DNA of 64,000 nucleotides from Giardia intestinalis (Eukaryota): NCBI GenBank assembly GCA_000002435.2, contig CM018792.1; one strand, 5' to 3'. Shown piece by piece: positions 56,702 to 64,000 of this stretch (position 1 is its first letter; each line of letters starts with the position of its first letter). The notes under the pieces were generated by a model. It saw only the letters and a program-made list of their open reading frames with translations, ran no database searches and was not told where the DNA came from. The position numbers and the translations under genes were made by a program.

Positions 56702-58813
56702 CTAGCTAAGAATGGAGTCCGTGTTGCTTATTGTAGAGACATGTTTAGTACCGTCGGAGAATACCGTAGGAGTCGTTTCATCCTTCTCAAGGAATACTTC
56801 ACTAAACTTCACAAACCCCGGTGAACTGCTCAGTGCATCCAGAAGCTCATTGTATACTATTTTCCCGTCCTCTCCGCTAGTAGAGAGTTCCTGAGCCAGC
56901 CTTAATGCCGCACTCAGAGAAGTTGGATATATACCGTGTTTCCATACCAATTCGGGCATTTCGTGCATGTCACAGGGGAGATTGCTCAGTTTTCCGTTTT
57001 CTAAATACTGCATTTTATACTTCAGGTCCATTTGGTCAGAAATTCCAAAGCATAGTCGGAGAAGGTACCGCGCCAATTGCACTAAATGTGACAGACTGCT
57101 GCTCCTCTTATTGAGCTCTGAGTACACTCCATAACTGGCTGTCTCGAAGCGCAGCATAATGGAGGGCTCTGTAGCCACTGCTATTGTCACCTCTGGCATC
57201 TCTCGGCCATACTGCAGCGTTGACTGAAGAATCTGCAATGCGCAGAAATGTACCACGGTGCTTGCAGGAAACTTGCTAATGCAGGAAATAGAGATGACAT
57301 GCAGCTTCAATGCGACAACCTTTTTCACTATGGAAAGGACCCCAACATGGACAGGAATACCTCCACAGTAAATGATATCCCTGAGTGGCACCTTGATGTT
57401 TCCGCTACTGACATGGTGACCGGATTCGGGGAGACGTGAAAAGTTATCGACGGAGTACGAATACGGCGAGGTTATTTGCACATTATTAGACGTATAGTAT
57501 TTGGGTGGCTCGTCGGGAACAAGAGAGTTCCGCACGTCTGCAGAAATAGAGAGAATACGTGCAGCCAGCCTAAAGAGAAGGACAGCTCCTAGTGGGATTT
57601 CGCGACCATTGTTCTTTTGAAGTAGCTCTAGCTGTGCGTCCCAATTATTAAAAGCGCTAAGAATACAAAAGTAGATCTTGTAGATGCCCTGTTCGTAGTC
57701 ATCTATGGTAGGCAGACCCAAGGGTGTGAGAGTAACACCGGGGTTGGCTGTGTCCAGCATGTAGTCAGAATCAGGGATTGTCGAAATTAGTACATTACGA
57801 TCCAACTCAACCCCCAGCAAAGAGTTAAATTGCGAGTGTCGCTCATTAAGAGTAGCGGCCGGCACTGAAGCCAAAGCATCAGGGCTAGTAGCTCTATAAC
57901 ACTGCAGCATTTTAACAGACATGTAGCTCATGGCGCAAAGAACAATTTCGCTGAGTGGTTGAATCTGCCAATGGGTTGTATCGTCAATGAATCGATGACG
58001 TATTATATGTGTCGCAATCCTGGGAACGTGAGCCAAGACAGGTTGCGAAACGCCCGGTATCTCTCTGACAAGCACCTTGCATAGAATGTCGCTAGCTGAT
58101 AGTAGATAGTCCTGAGGTGAGTCCGGGTGTAGGATGTACTCCACCAGTAGATCGAAGATATTGCTGCATGTCGCTAGATCCCGAATAGCATCGATGGCGG
58201 ACTGACAGCGCGTAGTACTATCATAAAAAAGATAACGAAATGCGTCTGCCATCGACGCATCGTAAAGGAATTGCAACCATGTGTGTAGATACTTTGAATT
58301 GGTCTTTAGAAATGATAGTACGGCACAGAATCGCCTCCCAGTCCACATAATAGACTTTATAACCTTGGAGAAGGCCTCGCAAACATGAGCGCTGCGAGAT
58401 ATGAGATGCTTTGGGAGTATAGTTGGAGAGTAGAGTAGGGTATTAGGTCTCCGCAATTCAGCTCGAATCTGATCCGAAAACGATTGCAATGCATGAAATG
58501 GTAGGTCCAGGATGGAGGGGTCGTCCACGATGGGCGCCATGACCTCATTAATGTTTTCACAAGATCGAATCAGCTGCAATGCTTGCTCAGCTGTTTCCGT
58601 ACTACTAGCAAAAAAAATAAAGTCAAGGAGGCGGTGAAGAGTCTTTTTCTGTTTCAGATATTGAATTAGTTCCTCAGTCCTGCATCGAACCTCAAAAAAC
58701 AAGTCTGTATGAGCCAATAGTCCCTCTATGTCATCCGAGGCCACCATTGCTTCTATCGTTTCCGTGTGCGGAGCCTCGTCAGGGGGGTGCGAGGTTAGCA
58801 ACGCTTTTTGCAT
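56702..58813 (-). CDS. Hypothetical protein (703 aa)
   Basis: Long ORF with an ATG start. It is separated by about 5 nt from the convergent upstream gene. Helical composition. No domain. Confidence 0.65.
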   Translation of the reverse strand: MQKALLTSHPPDEAPHTETIEAMVASDDIEGLLAHTDLFFEVRCRTEELIQYLKQKKTLHRLLDFIFFASSTETAEQALQLIRSCENINEVMAPIVDDPSILDLPFHALQSFSDQIRAELRRPNTLLYSPTILPKHLISRSAHVCEAFSKVIKSIMWTGRRFCAVLSFLKTNSKYLHTWLQFLYDASMADAFRYLFYDSTTRCQSAIDAIRDLATCSNIFDLLVEYILHPDSPQDYLLSASDILCKVLVREIPGVSQPVLAHVPRIATHIIRHRFIDDTTHWQIQPLSEIVLCAMSYMSVKMLQCYRATSPDALASVPAATLNERHSQFNSLLGVELDRNVLISTIPDSDYMLDTANPGVTLTPLGLPTIDDYEQGIYKIYFCILSAFNNWDAQLELLQKNNGREIPLGAVLLFRLAARILSISADVRNSLVPDEPPKYYTSNNVQITSPYSYSVDNFSRLPESGHHVSSGNIKVPLRDIIYCGGIPVHVGVLSIVKKVVALKLHVISISCISKFPASTVVHFCALQILQSTLQYGREMPEVTIAVATEPSIMLRFETASYGVYSELNKRSSSLSHLVQLARYLLRLCFGISDQMDLKYKMQYLENGKLSNLPCDMHEMPELVWKHGIYPTSLSAALRLAQELSTSGEDGKIVYNELLDALSSSPGFVKFSEVFLEKDETTPTVFSDGTKHVSTISNTDSILS

Positions 58814-59000
58814 AAGCTGTCAGAAATTCTCGAAAGCGATCTTTTTAAATTTTTTTCACGAAAGAGAATAACTTAAAAAGACAGCTCCCAACCAACCTCG
58901 TCGGCCAGTTCCTCTGCTGTTCACCTGACTTGCTGCCTGCCATCTGCCTGTGCCTACAGAGTCATATAGAATCACATAAAGCAATTTTTGAATCAACAAA

Positions 59001-62000
59001 ATGATATTCAGAATTTTCGTCGAACACTCCGATTATGGTGCTCAGAGTGCTATTGCAGCGACCTTTACTGCACTGGGTATACCAGTCTATGCGACACTGG
59101 TGAACTACAAATCAAGTGTCCCCAAAGGCGTTGCTATCGTGCCACCCTATCGCACGCATCCAACGCACTTCAAATTTTATCTATCAGCATGTAACGTAGT
59201 CGTGCTTTCTGATAAAGACCCTACTGAGGGACAGATTATCTTAGACCTTCTGGAAGAGCGCTTCTTCGTGGGCCATGTCTTTCTCGTCTCGACATACCTT
59301 ACTTGGGGGCACTCTCCTATCGTTCTTGCGGGTACTGGTGAAAATAACTCTACAAATAACGGTCTCAGGCACGTAAATCCAGAGCAGTATGCACGGAGAA
59401 GAGCACTACCAGAAGCGCAAGGAGTAAAGCTCTTAGAGGACAGGCTCGCCAACATGCTGACTAAGCAGTATACTGATGACGATTCTCTCCAGCCGTGCAT
59501 TAGAGGTGCCATCATATCTCACGGGCTTCTCTATGACTCGTACACTGCGGAGGGCAATGAGCTGATGGAACTTGTTGATTTTGTTGTCGAGACGGGCGTG
59601 CTACCAGCCTTTCTGCCCCAAACCTCATATACCGTTTCGATAACGTCATGCTCCAGGGTCGCTATTGAGCTTCGGAACTTCCTTCAAAATACAGTGGAAC
59701 AGGGGGTCAATCTTCAGCATGTCTGCCCGTTCAGGTTTGTTACTGATGAGATGGTTCCTCTGGACACCCTGCTGGATTGTGTCAATGAGGGTGTGTACGG
59801 ATACAGGAAGTTAAGTCCTTCTCCTATGTCTAAGTTGGAGCTGCTCTCTAAGGGATTATCCTCGCGTCTTATATCTCTGCTTTCCCTAGCTTGTGTGCCA
59901 GAACCCAATCCAGTAGATGACTTTAGCTACTCCAATAGTCAAATGTATATGACATATAAACGTGACGAAGACTATGTTCTGGACTCTGTACAGCAGATTC
60001 TCACTGCAAGCGCTATCACAGAGACGCCACACATTGTCGAGTCTGCACGGGGCTACATTACAGCAAGCATTTTACTTCGGCGTCCACGTTACACTGTTGT
60101 TCTTTTGGGAACCCAAGCCTGTTTCTGCGTCGACGATAAGGCCAAGCTTTTAGCCTCTTCTCTAAATACGCCAATTCTCGATCTATCTCTCGCATTACGA
60201 GACCTTGTACAATTGGGAGAAGCTGCCAAGAGTTCCGCATTCTGGGTTCCTCTCTTAAACAAGGATTTACTTCCGACAAAAACTGATCAATTGCTTACTT
60301 CGGCCAAGCCTGGAAAAGCTAGTGCAGAGCTTGTTTCCATTGAAGATAAGGCAGCCCTACTTGTCAAAATTGTTCACAACCTTCCTGCCAATGGTTCTAC
60401 TAGCGAGCTCCTTCTTTCCACTGCCTCGGCAGCGGCCTATTCGCTGAACGTCAAGGGCTTCATTGCGGCGATATTCATGCTGCACATTCGGGCACGCGCC
60501 CTCGTTGCCAACGGTTATCTCCTCGTTCCTGGTATGATGTCTGCTGCTGATTTGGGTAGCCTCTTGGTGACACCTTTGGAGATCTTTCTCGATCAGATGA
60601 ATATAGACCCTGCCCTAGCAGGGGACTCGAAGAAAGCCCCGTCCAAAGGTGAGCTTCCATTCGGAGTGGCTCTACTGATGCAAGAAGATATCAAAGCCTT
60701 GCCAGCGTATGTCCCTGCCACACACACCTTTAGTCTTCAGCGAGTGGCTGTCAATCCGCTTTTGGCCGAGGTGATCACCAATCCTGAGACTTCTCTGAAA
60801 AGGCAGGACAGCTATAACACATACAAGTTGCTAGCAGCGTCTTTAGATAAGCTTCTTATAAAATCAATTCAGCAAGGCATAGAGGTAATTGAGGATCGCG
60901 TTATTGCTTCTTGCCGCCCGTGTTTATCCGGGGAGCTTCGCTTTGCACCTATCTTTATTGACGTCTCGTCCCTTAATATATCCATTGAGGCGCTGAAAAG
61001 AGCATATCTCTTAACTGCAGGCCGCGCAAGGCTTAACCTATTAAAGCAACAGAATCACTCTGACTCGCAGTTGGTATCCACAATGAGCTATCTGAACTCT
61101 TGCTTACTTGAGCTTAACGGTTCAAATTGGCGTTCCACTGCCATGAGGCAGCTGGCTGTCTTAAGGCAAATCCACGCCGTTAGCGACGGCTATTTTGAAT
61201 ATTTGGGAGAACGTCCCACTCCTACCTCGATTTTGGTCAGCATGGCTCAGATGAAGAGCATCTATGGTCCTGAAGCCATTTTATCCGAGATACGTAAACA
61301 CCTTGACCCTTCCACAAACACGTCCATACAAGTGCTAGTACGGACTGGCGATAATACCATACCACAGTCCAAAATCCAGCTGAACAATCTTATGCGATTT
61401 ACAAACATCCATCCAGAGTTACGGGTCATAAATCTACTTCCAAATCTAGGTTCTGAGGGAAGGCTAATGACAGGGCTTTCGGCTGCAGCCTTAGCTCCTA
61501 GTGCTCCCTGCGACTCTAATTCGAATCTTTATGATGTGCTTGTATTGAGGGAATTGTCTAGGCAATCTAATACTGCGCCTGTTCTACACGCAGGAAGCAG
61601 TACTCCAGAACAGAGGCCCGAAGCTGGTGTAAGGGATGTGTTTAGCTCACTCAGCGAGTTAAGCCGTATGCTGCCTAGTGTAGAGGAGAAGGGTGACCTC
61701 AATACCTACGAAGATGTCGATATTCCGGAGGACCCCCTTCCCTCCGGATACAATAAATCTGACGTAAAAGAAACCACAGAGAGCATGCTGACGCCACGGT
61801 CAACAAGACAGGAAAGCGGGAACGAGTGCTCTGATGAGGAAGAATATCCTAACACTGCTATAGGGAACCTGAACTACTTAAGGGACACCGTCGCTCCCTA
61901 TTTGCAACCAGCTTTGGCAAACTGTATGGCGAATTTTGGAGGGAAGCTACATGCTGAGCAGTTTATACAGCGCATGGTTCAGGAGATGTATACCGAATTC

Positions 62001-62051
62001 TATAATGCAAATCCAGACGGGTGTAGACCAGACTCGTCTATGGAGTGCTAA
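59001..62051 (+). CDS. Hypothetical protein (1016 aa)
   Basis: Long ORF with an ATG start in an AACAAAATG context. No recognised domain. Confidence 0.7.
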   Translation: MIFRIFVEHSDYGAQSAIAATFTALGIPVYATLVNYKSSVPKGVAIVPPYRTHPTHFKFYLSACNVVVLSDKDPTEGQIILDLLEERFFVGHVFLVSTYLTWGHSPIVLAGTGENNSTNNGLRHVNPEQYARRRALPEAQGVKLLEDRLANMLTKQYTDDDSLQPCIRGAIISHGLLYDSYTAEGNELMELVDFVVETGVLPAFLPQTSYTVSITSCSRVAIELRNFLQNTVEQGVNLQHVCPFRFVTDEMVPLDTLLDCVNEGVYGYRKLSPSPMSKLELLSKGLSSRLISLLSLACVPEPNPVDDFSYSNSQMYMTYKRDEDYVLDSVQQILTASAITETPHIVESARGYITASILLRRPRYTVVLLGTQACFCVDDKAKLLASSLNTPILDLSLALRDLVQLGEAAKSSAFWVPLLNKDLLPTKTDQLLTSAKPGKASAELVSIEDKAALLVKIVHNLPANGSTSELLLSTASAAAYSLNVKGFIAAIFMLHIRARALVANGYLLVPGMMSAADLGSLLVTPLEIFLDQMNIDPALAGDSKKAPSKGELPFGVALLMQEDIKALPAYVPATHTFSLQRVAVNPLLAEVITNPETSLKRQDSYNTYKLLAASLDKLLIKSIQQGIEVIEDRVIASCRPCLSGELRFAPIFIDVSSLNISIEALKRAYLLTAGRARLNLLKQQNHSDSQLVSTMSYLNSCLLELNGSNWRSTAMRQLAVLRQIHAVSDGYFEYLGERPTPTSILVSMAQMKSIYGPEAILSEIRKHLDPSTNTSIQVLVRTGDNTIPQSKIQLNNLMRFTNIHPELRVINLLPNLGSEGRLMTGLSAAALAPSAPCDSNSNLYDVLVLRELSRQSNTAPVLHAGSSTPEQRPEAGVRDVFSSLSELSRMLPSVEEKGDLNTYEDVDIPEDPLPSGYNKSDVKETTESMLTPRSTRQESGNECSDEEEYPNTAIGNLNYLRDTVAPYLQPALANCMANFGGKLHAEQFIQRMVQEMYTEFYNANPDGCRPDSSMEC

Positions 62052-62063
62052 TGTCACCAGCTT

Positions 62064-64000
62064 TTACTCTTCATCTGAGTTATCGTCATCCTGGTGTATT
62101 CCAGTTGGTGCGGTTCCTTGTAAGGCATGTGACCTGTCACTAGTGTTGTTATTGAGGTTACTCAGCGTATTAGCGTGGTGTACTTGGTGCTGTCTACCGC
62201 GCGTATGCAGGCCGGTTAGCGTCGATCTGGGACTCCCACTTTGGACCACGCCCTCGATAGGAATAGCGATTACCTCTTCTTCTGTTTTAAAGAAGGCGAC
62301 TGTATTGAAATAGCCGGCTTGGATGGGGGTTTTTATTTTCATCACCACAGTAGCAGTCATTCCAGGGGGTATTCCACCTTTGTGTTGCGTCATGCAGATG
62401 TCCACTATGATCCTTTCTTCCCTCGGCACGTCCTTCTCTGTATGCACGAGGTCGTATCTCAGGCGAACGGGCATGTGCCCTATGTTTTTGAAGCAGACAC
62501 GAGCGGTTGTAAGGTCTGCAGGGGCGAGCATACTCCCTATCCTTATCTTTGTCGGGGTAACAAGTACATGCCGTGTATATGGTATCTTGTAGGTCGTTGG
62601 AATAGTGACCTTCCTTAGGTCTTCTCGAGCCGCGAAGGTGATATTTCTACATGCTGCCGCATGCATTGTCTCTGTGGCAACGGTCTGCAATTGGTTTCTT
62701 ATTGACTTGTTAGTCTCAACCTGGGTTAGTGGCCGTGTGAATAGACTGTGCTCCACAAGCTCTTCCTTGGTAGGCAAGGTAGATACCTCTTGCTCCTCTC
62801 TTCTGGAGTAGGGTGGAGGAAGAGAGCGAGGAAGCGTGATGGTCTTGAGGTGGTTTTCAACACAGCGATGAATGCTACGATTAGGAAGGTGCTCTTGTTC
62901 AGCTACTCGCTCCTTCCCTAACACGGTTGCCGCAAGGTCATGATATCTGCTGACGCACTCCTTGTATCCCTCTGGCCCACCTGTAAGATAGGCCTGTCCC
63001 TCCTCAGAATCCCAGAAGAAATCTGTTAGGCCCTTACGTAAAAAGTCCACTTTCATTTGAGAGCCGGCTATTCCATTGTTATCATCTTCGACGCTCTCTA
63101 TGAGATCTTCTGTGGTTGTGTCTCCAGCTAAAGTGGAGGAGGACTTGTCCACATCCAAATATGGAATAGTCGATTGTCCGTCTTCAAGTACACCCTTGCT
63201 TTCATCTACAAAGCTAGAATGTCCAATATCCGTGCCAAACTTCTCACTCTTGCTCCTGCCAATCCCTTTGGACTCCTGCTCCTCTGAATTGTCGGATGAC
63301 TCTCTCTCAGGATCCTTGGAGACTGACGTACTCTCACTTCTTGAGACAGCTTTCTGTGAATTGAAGAGGGGCTCTTCTGAGTTGCTTTTTGTACTATGAC
63401 AGCTTTCTCTTGTAATCTGCTGATTGGCGATATCGTACTTACTAAAGACGATGTGTTTAGCATAACCAGGAAGAGAATAGTTGGCAACAGCCCGCTGCAA
63501 TGGATTAGTGCAGGACATTAGTGGCTGAACAAAGTCTAGGTATATGCTATCAGCTACTGCTCTGTACAGATCAACTGCCAGCTCTTGCTTCTGGTCAGTT
63601 TGGAGAAGACGCAGCGAGGCGGTGATAGAGTCAACACAGCAGCCCGGACTTTCATTAACATTTATCACAAGCTGAAAGCCTAGTGAATACGGCCCTGGTA
63701 GAGGAGAGCCCAGATGTAAGACGGACTCTTTATCTATCTCCGTGTTATCTCCGGTAGGGACAAGCTGAGCAATTCCTGGAGTGAAGTGTGCTAGCGAGCG
63801 TGGAAGCTTTTCATCCTTGCGGAAGATATTCCAAATGCTGGGAAGAAATTGGTACGGGTCTCGGCCTATCGTTCGAAATTGTAATCCTGGCCGAGGATAT
63901 CCTGCAAGCACACTTACCGTTGCACTAATAAGCTCTGGCTGAGTCGTTAATCGATAAGTAAACAGATCAGGATTAACAGCGTTAAGCGCCACGTTTTCGT
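62064..64000 (-). CDS. Hypothetical protein, 5'-partial (642+ aa; the frame stays open to the window end)
   Basis: The track ORF starts at a GTG at 63992 with no stop before the window edge. Acidic Ser-rich middle region. Confidence 0.6.
   Translation of the reverse strand, partial: ENVALNAVNPDLFTYRLTTQPELISATVSVLAGYPRPGLQFRTIGRDPYQFLPSIWNIFRKDEKLPRSLAHFTPGIAQLVPTGDNTEIDKESVLHLGSPLPGPYSLGFQLVINVNESPGCCVDSITASLRLLQTDQKQELAVDLYRAVADSIYLDFVQPLMSCTNPLQRAVANYSLPGYAKHIVFSKYDIANQQITRESCHSTKSNSEEPLFNSQKAVSRSESTSVSKDPERESSDNSEEQESKGIGRSKSEKFGTDIGHSSFVDESKGVLEDGQSTIPYLDVDKSSSTLAGDTTTEDLIESVEDDNNGIAGSQMKVDFLRKGLTDFFWDSEEGQAYLTGGPEGYKECVSRYHDLAATVLGKERVAEQEHLPNRSIHRCVENHLKTITLPRSLPPPYSRREEQEVSTLPTKEELVEHSLFTRPLTQVETNKSIRNQLQTVATETMHAAACRNITFAAREDLRKVTIPTTYKIPYTRHVLVTPTKIRIGSMLAPADLTTARVCFKNIGHMPVRLRYDLVHTEKDVPREERIIVDICMTQHKGGIPPGMTATVVMKIKTPIQAGYFNTVAFFKTEEEVIAIPIEGVVQSGSPRSTLTGLHTRGRQHQVHHANTLSNLNNNTSDRSHALQGTAPTGIHQDDDNSDEE

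Noticed and set aside
1..64000. tRNA genes, CRISPR arrays and prokaryote-style operon or defence-system organisation
   Set aside because: No T-loop/acceptor-stem candidates were seen in intergenic regions. There are no direct-repeat/spacer arrays. The gene content (VSPs, ankyrin protein 21.1, PP1, ESCRT-III, prefoldin) and the AGTRAAY signals show this is Giardia nuclear DNA, so prokaryotic defence-island logic does not apply.

Overview
This window is nuclear DNA from a diplomonad and almost certainly Giardia intestinalis (lamblia). The clearest sign is two variant-specific surface protein (VSP) genes that end in the lineage-specific transmembrane tail plus CRGKA, each followed about 11 nt after the stop by the Giardia polyadenylation signal AGTAAAC. 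The genome here is dense and intronless. Intergenic regions are very short and AT-rich, often with CAAAATG-like initiators, and genes sit on both strands with occasional convergent 3' overlaps.

There are about 30 protein-coding genes:
- Two paralogous cathepsin C (dipeptidyl peptidase I)-like cysteine proteases that unusually carry C-terminal transmembrane anchors.
- A PP1 catalytic subunit.
- Three ankyrin-repeat 'protein 21.1'-type genes.
- A divergently arranged pair of Snf7/ESCRT-III-like genes.
- A protein with an ING-type PHD finger.
- A small protein with CS and SGS domains (Sgt1/CacyBP-like).
- A prefoldin beta-type subunit.
- A bacterial-type Endonuclease I secreted nuclease.
- A 3877-aa giant protein with a 14-aa tandem repeat.
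- A 1782-aa protein with leucine-rich repeats and IQ motifs.
- A large VSP with five perfect 101-aa repeats, and a minimal VSP of about 168 aa.
- Several large lineage-specific hypothetical proteins.

Between and upstream of the two VSP genes lie two GC-rich, ORF-poor islands. One of them contains a frameshifted remnant of a non-LTR retrotransposon restriction-like endonuclease (REL-endo) domain.

No tRNA, rRNA or CRISPR was found. All calls come from motif recognition by eye; no database search was run.
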